DNA from: Campylobacterales bacterium
GTDB taxonomy: Bacteria > Campylobacterota > Campylobacteria > Campylobacterales > Sulfurimonadaceae
Reading direction: 5' to 3'
Length of the DNA stretch: 64,000 nt
NCBI GenBank assembly: GCA_038205935.1
Contig: JBBRBK010000005.1
Span: 11,915 to 75,914 of the forward strand
The notes beneath the pieces are model-generated. The model made no database searches. It was not told the origin of the DNA and saw nothing but the letters and a program-made list of their open reading frames with translations. The position numbers and the translations under genes were made by a program. This document shows, piece by piece, positions 27,808 to 37,511 of the stretch. Position 1 is the first letter of the stretch; each line of letters begins with the position of its first letter.

Positions 27808-28617
27808 CTACTCATTATCGAGCATATCATCAATGCAATCTTCGAGTATTTCGTGATCATACCCTGCATCGCTGGCAGTTTTGAGTCCTATATTTATAGA
27901 AATTTCACCTAAAGGATCATTAATTGGAATAATTGTTTTTACAATGTGTAATGCCGTAGCATATTCTTTAATATCATTAGGAGCGCTTAAGGGATCATCT
28001 GAATAGCGGATCATATCGACAAAATCCTCATCAAATCCCCAATGTTCAAAGATAGCTGCTGTAATAGCTGCCGTTGTCTCACCAACGTAACTTTTTTCAA
28101 CCATTGGAATATTATGAGTCATCTCTATCTCAGAGCGAAAAGTCACCGTCTCATCTTGTTGGATAATATGGCTAGCGATCAAGATTTTTCCTGTTTCTTG
28201 AAGCAATGCCGCCAAGAAGAGTTTATCGGATTTTTCTTTATCAATCTTTTTATACCAAGAATGCATAAGGGTAGCCTGTTTTGATGCCATCTCTGCAAAC
28301 TTCTCAGAGGAAGCCGCATAAGGTTCCATATCAACATTTAAAAGCTTACGTACGGAGTTACCAAGGACGATAGAGCGCGTCATGCTCATACCAAAAAGTG
28401 TAACAGCCTGAGCAACGTTATTTATTTCTGCTTGAAAACTGTATAAAGGAGAATTTGCAGCTTTTAAAAGATTGGCAATGATCATCGGATCATCTTCTAT
28501 CACTTTTACCAAGTCCGCTATAGAACTCTCAGGATTCGCATAAATCTTCTGAGTTTCCGTGATAGTTTTGGACAAAGGCGGAAGCGACTTTATACTCTCA
28601 AGGATTGCATGATTCAT
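27808..28617 (-). CDS. HDOD domain protein
   Basis: Motifs LPPL, DP...A.LLKAANSPLY, A....G, FLAALLQETGK and HWGF. Confidence 0.9.
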   Translation of the reverse strand: MNHAILESIKSLPPLSKTITETQKIYANPESSIADLVKVIEDDPMIIANLLKAANSPLYSFQAEINNVAQAVTLFGMSMTRSIVLGNSVRKLLNVDMEPYAASSEKFAEMASKQATLMHSWYKKIDKEKSDKLFLAALLQETGKILIASHIIQQDETVTFRSEIEMTHNIPMVEKSYVGETTAAITAAIFEHWGFDEDFVDMIRYSDDPLSAPNDIKEYATALHIVKTIIPINDPLGEISINIGLKTASDAGYDHEILEDCIDDMLDNE

Positions 28618-28673
28618 AAAATTGCCTTATATATTTTTACAGTGATTATACACAAATTTATTTAATAAAATAT

Positions 28674-29078
28674 CTAAATAGAATACGAAAATGGCTGATA
28701 AGCCTGATCTATTTCAGAGAGTTTGAGTGAAAAAAGTTCTTGAACTTTTTTTTGTATATCTAACCAAAAAGATTCTAGTATGATACTTGACCCTACATTT
28801 CCATCCACTTCAAAGAGCGTCCCTTCAAGCGACTCTATAATTTCTAAAACAGTTATCTCATGTGGCAGGCGCGAGAGTTTATACCCGCCGTTCGCACCTC
28901 TGACACTGCTGATCAGTCCTGATTTTCTAAGCTGTGAAAGCAGTTGTTCTAAGTAACTGTGAGAAAGCGATGTCATCGCAGCGATCTCTTTTACCTGCAT
29001 CGTCCTGCCATTTGGCGCGTGAGAAAGTACATGCATCGCAGCCAAGCCGTATATCCCTTTTGAACTGACACCAACCAT
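28674..29078 (-). CDS. Rrf2-family transcriptional regulator (cysteine-free, CymR-like)
   Basis: Motifs SKG.YGL.AM, YLEQLL..LRKSGL, SVRGANGGYKL and EIIESLEG; no Cys residues. Confidence 0.92.
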   Translation of the reverse strand: MVGVSSKGIYGLAAMHVLSHAPNGRTMQVKEIAAMTSLSHSYLEQLLSQLRKSGLISSVRGANGGYKLSRLPHEITVLEIIESLEGTLFEVDGNVGSSIILESFWLDIQKKVQELFSLKLSEIDQAYQPFSYSI

Positions 29079-29080
29079 GA

Positions 29081-29524
29081 TTACTCCATAAAACTTGGAT
29101 AGATTTTTTTAATAATAAAATAGATTTTACAACCGATACAATACGCAAAAACAATCTCAAGTCCTGTACAAAGTAAGAAAATACCTGCTGTTATATAAAG
29201 CGTTACATGTAAGTTTAAAAAGCTCTCGATTAACAATAAAAAGACAAAAACAACTCCAAAATGCGCCGCAAGTCTTTTTGCTCCAGCATCTGTCATCTCT
29301 GTTTTAAAAGAAAAAATCTTTTTACTAAAAATTGCGAGATTATAAACAATGCTGTATTTTTTGAGTCCATATAAACGCATCAAAAAATCAACTAGGATGA
29401 AAAATAAAAACAATTTTTGGGCCGTGAGTAAAAACAAGATGACAAACAAAGAGACAAATACAGCACTTATTCTTGCTACAGTACCATCGATGAGTCTAAA
29501 TGCCAGAGGACAGCTTTGAGACAT
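29081..29524 (-). CDS. DUF4395 membrane protein
   Basis: Motifs ID...AR, KRLA...G and LE....YCIGCKIY. Confidence 0.85.
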   Translation of the reverse strand: MSQSCPLAFRLIDGTVARISAVFVSLFVILFLLTAQKLFLFFILVDFLMRLYGLKKYSIVYNLAIFSKKIFSFKTEMTDAGAKRLAAHFGVVFVFLLLIESFLNLHVTLYITAGIFLLCTGLEIVFAYCIGCKIYFIIKKIYPSFME

Positions 29525-29554
29525 TATAAATCCTTTTAATAATTTTCTGCTGCA

Positions 29555-29583
29555 ATAGTAGTCTTATTTTATTTTAATTACAA
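29555..29583 (-). promoter_or_regulatory. putative sigma70 promoter for DUF4395-rrf2 (TTGTAA-17-TACTAT)
   Basis: On the minus strand, -35 TTGTAA at 29583-29578, a 17-nt spacer, and -10 TACTAT at 29560-29555. Confidence 0.5.
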
Positions 29584-29820
29584 GTATTCAGACTGTTTTA
29601 CTAAGGATTAGCTATTTTTCTTTCTATTTTTTGATTGCACATGAATATATTGCTTGACTAAAAACGATGAAATGATTAAAAATAATAATATAATACTCTT
29701 CATTGTAACGCTTACATGTAGAACATTATACATATTTTTTTAGCTTGACTAAGATTATTATCTTATCCAGTTATAAGTATTATATGTTAAAATTATAACT
29801 ATTTTTCAAAAGGAGATTTG

Positions 29821-31185
29821 ATGAACAAAATTGTAGGCTTTATATGTGTCTCAATCGCGCTCTATGCAAATGTTATTAACACTTCAGGTTCCCTATCTAT
29901 GCAACAAGCAATAGAGATAGTGAAATCGGATAACTTGGAACTCAAAACGGCTAAATTCGATGAGCAGATTGCAAGCGAAGATATAGATATAGCAAAGGGA
30001 TCTAACTTTGGAAGCCTTACTCTCTCACAAGATGTCTCAAGAAGTAATGACGCGGGAAATGTGTTTGGGTTTAAACTTGCATCACGTGAAGCTACTTTTG
30101 GAGATTTTGGATTTTCACAATTCAATAGTAGCAATCCAAGTATTTTAACCGTTCAACCTCATGACCTAAACTATCCAGCAGATAGAAACTTCTTCCAAAC
30201 AAAACTCAAATATGAACTAGCACTTTTTACAGGCTTTAAAATTTCAAGCTATGAAAATATGGCAAAAGCTATGAAAAAGATGAAGACACTTGATAAAGAT
30301 GCGCTAATCCATGAAAAAGTCTATGAAGTTAAAAAAAGCTACTATGACATGGCACTGCTTGAAGATGCGATCAAAAATCTTAGTGTCATTCAAAAGAACA
30401 TCAATACTCTAGAAAATACAACTCAAAGCATGATTGAAGAGGGATACGCAAAAAATGTGGATCTTCTTGAAGTGCAATCAAAAAAAGGCAATGTCGAGCG
30501 TCTTTTAAATCAAATGAGATCAAACGAAAAACTTTTATACCAATATCTCAGCTTTTTACTCAATCAAGATGTCACAACTATCCAGACGCCAAGCGAAGAT
30601 GTCACTATGCCCCAACTAAGTGATGAAGCAATTTTAGCAAATAACATAGATATCAAAAAAGCGACTACAGGCCTTGAAGTCAGAAACAATATGGTTAGTG
30701 CTCAAAATGCAGCTTACTATCCAACAGTCGGTGCTTTTGGTGAAATTTCAACTGCAGATACTAGTAGTTTTTTAGGTAATGCTGATGATCATAAATCTTA
30801 TACAGTCGGCGCAAGAGTTAGTTGGAATCTTTTTAACGGTGGTATCGATGCTTCATCAATTCAAAAAGCCAAAATCGAGCAGATGAAAACAAAAACTCAA
30901 GTTGAAATCGCAAAAAAAGGGATTATCCTTCAAGCAGATAAAATTAAAACTGAAATCTCCTCTTATGATGATGATATCGTTTCATTAAAAAAAGAGTTAG
31001 CTCTTGCAGACGAAATCTATAACAACTATGAAGGAAGATACAAAGAACAACTCACTTCCATGAGTACGGTTATTATAAAACAGTCCGAGCAGATCGAAAA
31101 AATCGTCAAACTTGAAGAAATAAGAAACAAAAGAAATGAGCGTATTTTCGCATTAGAAAAACTATCAAACGGAGATAAAGAATGA
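29821..31185 (+). CDS. TolC-family outer membrane efflux protein
   Basis: Signal peptide and OEP repeats (LALFTGF, YYPTVG, VSWNLFNGG). AAGGAG RBS upstream. Confidence 0.9.
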   Translation: MNKIVGFICVSIALYANVINTSGSLSMQQAIEIVKSDNLELKTAKFDEQIASEDIDIAKGSNFGSLTLSQDVSRSNDAGNVFGFKLASREATFGDFGFSQFNSSNPSILTVQPHDLNYPADRNFFQTKLKYELALFTGFKISSYENMAKAMKKMKTLDKDALIHEKVYEVKKSYYDMALLEDAIKNLSVIQKNINTLENTTQSMIEEGYAKNVDLLEVQSKKGNVERLLNQMRSNEKLLYQYLSFLLNQDVTTIQTPSEDVTMPQLSDEAILANNIDIKKATTGLEVRNNMVSAQNAAYYPTVGAFGEISTADTSSFLGNADDHKSYTVGARVSWNLFNGGIDASSIQKAKIEQMKTKTQVEIAKKGIILQADKIKTEISSYDDDIVSLKKELALADEIYNNYEGRYKEQLTSMSTVIIKQSEQIEKIVKLEEIRNKRNERIFALEKLSNGDKE

Positions 31186-31970
31186 AAAAAATATTAGGGA
31201 TTTTATTACTCAGTTCAACACTTTTTGCTGGAGTTGTCACTGTTTCAGGAAGTGTTATTTCAGATAACCAAAAGATGATCACAAGCCGTTTTATGGGTTT
31301 TGTAACTCAGGTAAATGTTTCAGAAGGTGATAGAGTAAAAAAAGGGCAATTGCTTTACAGTATCGATTCAAAAGAGGTTGATTCTTCTATGAGTCAAGTT
31401 CAGCTTGGAATCTCACAAGCACAGCTTTCTCTTCAAATGTATCAAAACCAATACTCAAATGTCAAGCTCAACCTTGAACGTAATAAACGTCTTTTAGCTA
31501 AAGATATGGTCTCAAAATATGATGTGGAAAATCTTCAGCTTGCGGCTAAAAATCTTGAAGATATGATAACAATCGCAAAACAACAGGTCAATCAAGCACA
31601 AGCGCGTCTCTATGAGGTTAAAAACCAGTACAACTACCTCAATATTAAAGCTCCTAATGATGGTGTTGTTATCTCTAAAAACATTAAAGTGGGAGAGATG
31701 GCAATGCCAGGAATGCCTGCAATCGTACTTTCAGATTTAAGCGATCTTAAAATCTCTGTAGATGTTGCAGAAAATGACCTTCAAAAATTTGCTTATGGTA
31801 AAAAAGTTAAAGTTGAAATTCCCTCAGCTGGTATCGTAGCTATCGGCAAAGTAACAGCGATCATACCAAACTCAAATCCAATGACGCACTCATTTAAAAT
31901 AAAGATCTCATTTAACCCTAACCATAAAGTAGTATATCCCGGTATGTATGCTACGGTTACAGCTGAGTAA
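31182..31970 (+). CDS. RND efflux periplasmic adaptor subunit
   Basis: Motifs SRFMGFV..V.V.EGDRVKKGQLL, IKAP.DGVV and VYPGMYA. Confidence 0.92.
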   Translation: MKKILGILLLSSTLFAGVVTVSGSVISDNQKMITSRFMGFVTQVNVSEGDRVKKGQLLYSIDSKEVDSSMSQVQLGISQAQLSLQMYQNQYSNVKLNLERNKRLLAKDMVSKYDVENLQLAAKNLEDMITIAKQQVNQAQARLYEVKNQYNYLNIKAPNDGVVISKNIKVGEMAMPGMPAIVLSDLSDLKISVDVAENDLQKFAYGKKVKVEIPSAGIVAIGKVTAIIPNSNPMTHSFKIKISFNPNHKVVYPGMYATVTAE

Positions 31971-31981
31971 GGCGGAACCGT

Positions 31982-33568
31982 ATGAAACAACAACCCTATG
32001 TGCCAAAAGATATAGCCGGAAAACTGGCTAAGACTTTTATTCGCAATCCTCTTACTCTGGTACTTGGAATCTTTCTGTTCGCACTTGGATACCTTTCGCT
32101 TGAAGTTATGCCACGCGAGGAAAACCCTCAAATGGTTGTCAGCGGTTCGACTGTTATTGTGGCCCTTCCTGGAGCTACAGCTGAGGAAGTTGAACGTGTT
32201 ATTGTCAAGCCATTAGAGAGAAAACTCAAAGAGGTCAAAGGTGTCGAACATATCTACGGTAGAGCTATGGATAATGTCGGTATCGTGAATGCCGCATTTC
32301 TTATAGGCCAGAACAAAGAAGATTCAAACCTCAAAATCTACGATAAAATTATGCAAAACTCCAATATGTTTCCAAAGGGTTCCATGAATCCAATTATCAA
32401 ACCTTTGGATATTGACGTCGATATTCCTATCGTTTCTGTAGCATTTTACAGTAATGACAAAAATATGTCTGAAACAGATCTGTATGATCATGTCAAAACG
32501 ATGCAACACTATATTAATGGTTTGCCAAACGTTGCTGTTACAGACTTAAAAGGTGGACATAAGCACCAGTTTAATATTGAAGTCGATATCAATAAACTCT
32601 CTGGATATAATCTTTCTCTCGGTCAAATTTCACAGGCTGTACAGTCTCTTGCTTACAATGTTCCAAATATTAAAAATAGAACGCAGGACAATAAAATTGT
32701 TATTTTAGGCTTAAAGAATGCTGTTCAGACGATAGATGATGTTGGAAATATCATGGTTGCCGAATATATGGGCTCTCCAATCTATCTCAAACAAGTTGCA
32801 ACTGTTACAGACGGTTATAACTATCAAAATTTTCAGTCAGCACAAATAAGTATTGAAACACAAGAGCACTCTTTTACACCTATGCAAAATCAAGTAACCC
32901 TGACTGTATCTAAACTTCAAGGCACAAATGCGGTTGTTATATCTGATTCTGTGAAAGAGGAACTCGGCAAATACAAAGATATGCTTTCAAAAAGTGGAAT
33001 TAACTATGTTATTACAAGAAATGATGGTGAGCGTGCGAATGATGCCGTCAACGAACTTGTCATGCACTTGGTTATATCTATTATTATCATCGCTGTTCTA
33101 TTGATATTTGTACTGGGATGGAGAGAATCACTGATCGTAACTTTTACAGTTCCGGCGATTCTTGCCATTACGCTCTTTGTAGCCTATCTCACAGGTCAAA
33201 CCATAAATAGAATTACGCTCTTTGCCTTCTTGCTCAGCCTTGGACTTTTGGTTGATGCGGCTATTATTGTTATTGAAAATATTCACCGTCATTATCACTC
33301 TGCCGATTCCGCGCACAAAGATAAAGATGAGTTGATGATAGAAGCAACTGATGAGATTGGCGCACCAACAAATATTGCCACTTTAGCGATCATTATGACA
33401 ATGGTTCCTATGGCATTTGTCGGTCAGATGATGGGACAGTTTATGAAACCAATCCCTGCAAATGTTCCCGTGGCTCTCATAGCTTCACTTTTTGTAGCTT
33501 ATATTTTCACCCCTTACCTTGCTGTAAGAATACTCAAAAGACCTAAGCATGACGAGGAGCACAAATAA
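31982..33568 (+). CDS. AcrB/AcrD/AcrF-family RND permease, N-terminal half
   Basis: Motifs PREENPQ, LPGATAEEVE, LGLLVDAAIIVIENI and ASLFVAY.FTPYL. Confidence 0.9.
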   Translation: MKQQPYVPKDIAGKLAKTFIRNPLTLVLGIFLFALGYLSLEVMPREENPQMVVSGSTVIVALPGATAEEVERVIVKPLERKLKEVKGVEHIYGRAMDNVGIVNAAFLIGQNKEDSNLKIYDKIMQNSNMFPKGSMNPIIKPLDIDVDIPIVSVAFYSNDKNMSETDLYDHVKTMQHYINGLPNVAVTDLKGGHKHQFNIEVDINKLSGYNLSLGQISQAVQSLAYNVPNIKNRTQDNKIVILGLKNAVQTIDDVGNIMVAEYMGSPIYLKQVATVTDGYNYQNFQSAQISIETQEHSFTPMQNQVTLTVSKLQGTNAVVISDSVKEELGKYKDMLSKSGINYVITRNDGERANDAVNELVMHLVISIIIIAVLLIFVLGWRESLIVTFTVPAILAITLFVAYLTGQTINRITLFAFLLSLGLLVDAAIIVIENIHRHYHSADSAHKDKDELMIEATDEIGAPTNIATLAIIMTMVPMAFVGQMMGQFMKPIPANVPVALIASLFVAYIFTPYLAVRILKRPKHDEEHK

Positions 33569-35280
33569 TGTTTAAAAAATTTGAAAAAGCCGTTTTAACT
33601 GGAATACAAAGTAAAAGTCAAAGAAAATTTATTCTTATAGGAACGGTTGTCGCTCTTATACTTTCTATCATGATGATTCCAACTGACTTAGTTTTGGCAA
33701 AAATGCTTCCTGGGAAAAATAATGATACTTATAATATTTATGTAAAATTACCTGATGGCAGCTCAATCGAGCAAACAACTAGTGTAACAAACTGTGTGGC
33801 ATCTGTTATGCAAAAAGAGAAAGAGGTCACAAACCTTGAAGTCTTTTTAGGTATGGGCTCTCCTCTTGACTTTGCAGGTCTCATAAAAGGATCACAATTT
33901 AAAAACTCTGAAAATGTGGCAGAACTTGTTGTTAATCTTACAAAAAAAGATGAAAGAAAAGAGCCATCTTATATCATGGTACAACGTCTTCGTCCTGTTG
34001 TTTTAAAAGCTTGCCAACCGATAGTGCCACAAAGTGATATCTCATTTGTCGAGCCACCAGCTGGACCACCAACAATGGCAGCAATCGTTGCAGAGATCTA
34101 TGGAGATAATGCCGATGGGATTAGAGTTTTATCAACTAAAGTTGAAAATATCTTCAAAAAGACTAAAGATTTAGTAGATGTCGACACGATGGAAGATACT
34201 ATTTACAGCACATTTGATATTAAAGTAGATGCAGAAAAAGCTGCACGTTCGGGTATTGCTATAAAACAAATAAACGACATCATGTATCTGGCATTCGAGG
34301 GAATGGACATTGCAGTTAAAAACTCTGCCAAATACAATGACCAAATCCCAATCTTTTTATCACTCAGTAATGATACAAAAAGATTTACAAAAAAAGATCT
34401 TGACGGAGTTCAATCAAAACTCTCAAGCCTTAAACTCATGAATAAATATGGAATGATGGTTCCTATAACAGAACTTGTATCAATTGTCCCTACACAGTCA
34501 CACCCTGTTATTATAAGCAAAGATCTTCATCAAATGACAAATGTTATGGCTGAGACAGATATGGTTTCTCAAGTCTATCCACTCATAGATGCAAGAGCAG
34601 TCATTTTAAAAGAGCTTTCAAATGATTATGAGATCACAAAAACAGGACTCTTTGATCTCCAACTCAAAGATAAAAAAAGTGGTGAGATTTATCAGCTTAA
34701 ATGGGATGGAGAGATGAAAGTAACACTTGATACTTTCAGAGACCTCGGCGGTGCTTTTATCGCAGCACTGATACTTATTTTCTTACTTATGGTTATCTAT
34801 TATAAAAGCTATACCCTCAGCGGCATTATATTAGCAGGAAGTTTTCTTTCCATCATCGGCGTAATAGTGGGACACTGGATTATGAATCTTTTCACTGCAG
34901 ATACTTTCTTTTTGACAGCGACATCGCTCATCGGCTTTATCGCCCTTATCGGGATAAGTTCACGTAACTCACTTCTACTAATTGATTTTACAAAATCATT
35001 AATGTATGACAAAGCTATGCCAAAAGCTGAAGCCATCGCATACGCAACAGCAACACGCGCTAAACCAATTTTCTTAACAGCTGTGGCTATTATTCTGGCT
35101 TCAACTTTACTTGCTGGAGACGCGGTATTTGGAGGTCTTGGTGTTTCACTAATATTTGGAACTATTGCAGCGGTTATCGCTTCTTTAATAGTAGTACCTA
35201 TACTTTTATACAACGCAGATTTAGAAAAACAATTTCAATTTCATGAAAAGAAAGCTGTTTCTATAGCAGACCCTCTTTAA
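33568..35280 (+). CDS. AcrB/AcrD/AcrF-family RND permease, C-terminal half
   Basis: Motifs LP.GSS.E.T, WDGE, IGFIALIGI..RNSLLLIDF and R.KPIFLT. Own GAGGAG RBS and a TAATG overlap. Confidence 0.9.
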   Translation: MFKKFEKAVLTGIQSKSQRKFILIGTVVALILSIMMIPTDLVLAKMLPGKNNDTYNIYVKLPDGSSIEQTTSVTNCVASVMQKEKEVTNLEVFLGMGSPLDFAGLIKGSQFKNSENVAELVVNLTKKDERKEPSYIMVQRLRPVVLKACQPIVPQSDISFVEPPAGPPTMAAIVAEIYGDNADGIRVLSTKVENIFKKTKDLVDVDTMEDTIYSTFDIKVDAEKAARSGIAIKQINDIMYLAFEGMDIAVKNSAKYNDQIPIFLSLSNDTKRFTKKDLDGVQSKLSSLKLMNKYGMMVPITELVSIVPTQSHPVIISKDLHQMTNVMAETDMVSQVYPLIDARAVILKELSNDYEITKTGLFDLQLKDKKSGEIYQLKWDGEMKVTLDTFRDLGGAFIAALILIFLLMVIYYKSYTLSGIILAGSFLSIIGVIVGHWIMNLFTADTFFLTATSLIGFIALIGISSRNSLLLIDFTKSLMYDKAMPKAEAIAYATATRAKPIFLTAVAIILASTLLAGDAVFGGLGVSLIFGTIAAVIASLIVVPILLYNADLEKQFQFHEKKAVSIADPL

Positions 35281-35287
35281 TCTTCAC

Positions 35288-35325
35288 CTCTTACATGTAA
35301 AGCTTTTTTAGTCTACATGTAAGAG
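35288..35325 (+). terminator. hairpin built from two inverted TACATGTA-palindrome copies downstream of the RND operon
   Basis: Perfect 12-bp inverted arms CTCTTACATGTA (35288-35299) and TACATGTAAGAG (35314-35325), 7 nt after the stop codon. Confidence 0.55.
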
Positions 35326-35405
35326 CTCTCATTTTAAATTCTACATATTTATATATATTAAGATAAATTATTGACTAGCTTTTAATTCATAAGAAGAGAG
35401 AAGAT

Positions 35406-35432
35406 TTAGACAGAAGGATACCTTCTGTCTAA
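35406..35432 (-). terminator. intrinsic terminator-like hairpin after serA
   Basis: Perfect 12-bp stem TTAGACAGAAGG-ATA-CCTTCTGTCTAA, followed on the minus strand by a pyrimidine-rich tail. Confidence 0.7.
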
Positions 35433-35444
35433 GAAATAAGAAGA

Positions 35445-37031
35445 TTAAATTTTTGCGTAAGTTACACTGATACAAGCATCAAGGTTACTAAGTTCTTTAA
35501 GTACATTTTCACTCACTGCGCTATCTACGATGATAACTGCAAGTGCTTCTGACTTAGAATTTCTTCCAAGACGGAAATCTGAGATATTGACATTATTAGT
35601 TGCCAAAATAGTACCCACGCTTCCGATAACTCCTGGAACGTCAGTATTCTTAAAGAAAATCATATTACCTTTTAAAGCTACATCAACGCTAAATCCATCG
35701 ATCTCTACGATACGTTGGATATTATCATCAAATATCGTAGCTCTGATAGTTGTGACTGCTTTATCAGTTGTAAGTTTTACAGTGATAAGATTTTTATAAA
35801 CAGATGAGTCAGCTAAAGCTTCAGTCTCTACTTTGATCCCTTTTTCATTTGCGATAAAATCAGCATTTACATAGTTAATCGTATCTCCACTACTTTCAGC
35901 TAAAGCGCCAACCGTCACAAATGTTGAAAGAGAATCAACAAACTCAGCGATCGGGCCTTGTCCGCTTACTTTGATAGAAACAACTGGAGCGCGATTTTTT
36001 TGAGAAGCTAGAAAGCCAAGTTTTTGTCCCATTTCCAAATACGGTTTTACAAACGCAGGAATTTTACTTTCATCAATTGGAAGATTGAGCGCATTTGGAT
36101 ACGAGATCCCTTTTGCCGCTTGAATAGCTTGCTCCGCCGCTTCAGTTCCGATGTTGTATTGAGATTCATACGTATTTGCACCTAAATGTGGAGAAACGAT
36201 GATATTATCTAAGTCAAGTAAAGGATTGCTAGTAGCTGGCTCTTTGACAAAAACATCAATACCTGCAAAACGGATTTTTCCAGATTTAAGACCATTATAA
36301 AGAGCTTCTTCATTGTAAAGACCACCACGAGCACAGTTCACTAAAACCACACCGTCTTTCATCTTTGCAATCTCTGCTTCATTGATAATATTGACCGTTT
36401 CACTGTTTTTTGGAGTGTGGATAGTAATAATATCACAGGCCAAAATATCTTCAAAATTATTAGTATGAACCATATCAAGATCAGTTACTTTAGATGGGTG
36501 AATATATGGATCGTAAGCAACGATATCCATCTCAAAAGCTTTTGCACGTTTTGCGACGCGTGAACCAATATTACCAAAACCGATAACACCTAGTTTTTTC
36601 CCTTTAAGCTCATAACCATACCATTTTTCACGTTTCCAAATACGTTGATTTTTCAAGTGATCATGTGAATATGGAAACATTCTCATACATGAAAGCATGT
36701 GCGCCATTGTAAGCTCAACGGCTGCAATAGTATTTGCAGTAGGCACATTCATAACGATGATACCCTCTTTTGAACAACCCTCTATGTCAACATTATCAAC
36801 ACCGACACCAGCGCGCACAATTGCTTTCATATTTTTAGCTGCTGCTATAAATTTAGCATCAACATCAGTCGAACTGCGAGTAATTGCTATATCAGCATTT
36901 TCAAGCATTCCTAAAAGTTCTGTTTTATCTACGTCTGCCGCAAAAACATAATTGATACTTGGATCATTTTGAAGCATTGCAAGCCCAGCTTCATGAATAT
37001 GGTCACAAACTATTACTGTACTTTTTTCCAT
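35445..37031 (-). CDS. serA: D-3-phosphoglycerate dehydrogenase
   Basis: Motifs RAGVGVDNVD, GVIGFGNIG, NCARGG and PHLGANT; ASB and C-terminal ACT domain (DVPGVIG). Confidence 0.96.
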   Translation of the reverse strand: MEKSTVIVCDHIHEAGLAMLQNDPSINYVFAADVDKTELLGMLENADIAITRSSTDVDAKFIAAAKNMKAIVRAGVGVDNVDIEGCSKEGIIVMNVPTANTIAAVELTMAHMLSCMRMFPYSHDHLKNQRIWKREKWYGYELKGKKLGVIGFGNIGSRVAKRAKAFEMDIVAYDPYIHPSKVTDLDMVHTNNFEDILACDIITIHTPKNSETVNIINEAEIAKMKDGVVLVNCARGGLYNEEALYNGLKSGKIRFAGIDVFVKEPATSNPLLDLDNIIVSPHLGANTYESQYNIGTEAAEQAIQAAKGISYPNALNLPIDESKIPAFVKPYLEMGQKLGFLASQKNRAPVVSIKVSGQGPIAEFVDSLSTFVTVGALAESSGDTINYVNADFIANEKGIKVETEALADSSVYKNLITVKLTTDKAVTTIRATIFDDNIQRIVEIDGFSVDVALKGNMIFFKNTDVPGVIGSVGTILATNNVNISDFRLGRNSKSEALAVIIVDSAVSENVLKELSNLDACISVTYAKI

Positions 37032-37510
37032 TGTTTCTCCTCTTTATAAGGCAAAATTTTTGCACTTATATCATAAGTATTTAAAGCTTTTTCTAAAAGA
37101 TCCAATTTACTTTTATCATCTAGATAGAGAAGTATTTTGGTATCTCCTTGATTTTTATTTAAAAAATAACGCACATTATACTGTTTTAATACTTCTTGTA
37201 AACAAAATAATTTATAAGCATCAGAAACAGGTGCATCTAACTGATAAGTCTTGGTCGTAGTGTTTTGCTCATTAAGATCCAAATTAATGTAAATCTCATT
37301 TACAGGATAATAATATCCACTCTGTTCACTTTTGGAGAAATGATTTAGCCACATACTTTCGGGCTCATCATCTTGTGTTTTTATATTTGTTGTTTGAAGT
37401 TTGTCTACTTGAGTATTTTCCGATGGGTTAATCTTAATTAAAAAAACTACAATAAAAATGGCTACCCCAACTGTTATAATTGGAGTCAGCCATTTAAATG
37501 CTTTATGCAT
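37013..37510 (-). CDS. conserved hypothetical membrane-anchored protein (between rpsA and serA in Campylobacterota)
   Basis: N-terminal TM helix, YYYPVNE and YKLFCL.EVL segments, and syntenic position. Confidence 0.8.
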   Translation of the reverse strand: MHKAFKWLTPIITVGVAIFIVVFLIKINPSENTQVDKLQTTNIKTQDDEPESMWLNHFSKSEQSGYYYPVNEIYINLDLNEQNTTTKTYQLDAPVSDAYKLFCLQEVLKQYNVRYFLNKNQGDTKILLYLDDKSKLDLLEKALNTYDISAKILPYKEEKQWKKVQ

Positions 37511-37511
37511 T

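Noticed and set aside
33560..33575. Split RND permease as a frameshifted pseudogene
   Set aside because: The break falls at the natural half-transporter boundary, with a clean TAATG overlap and a GAGGAG RBS for the second gene.
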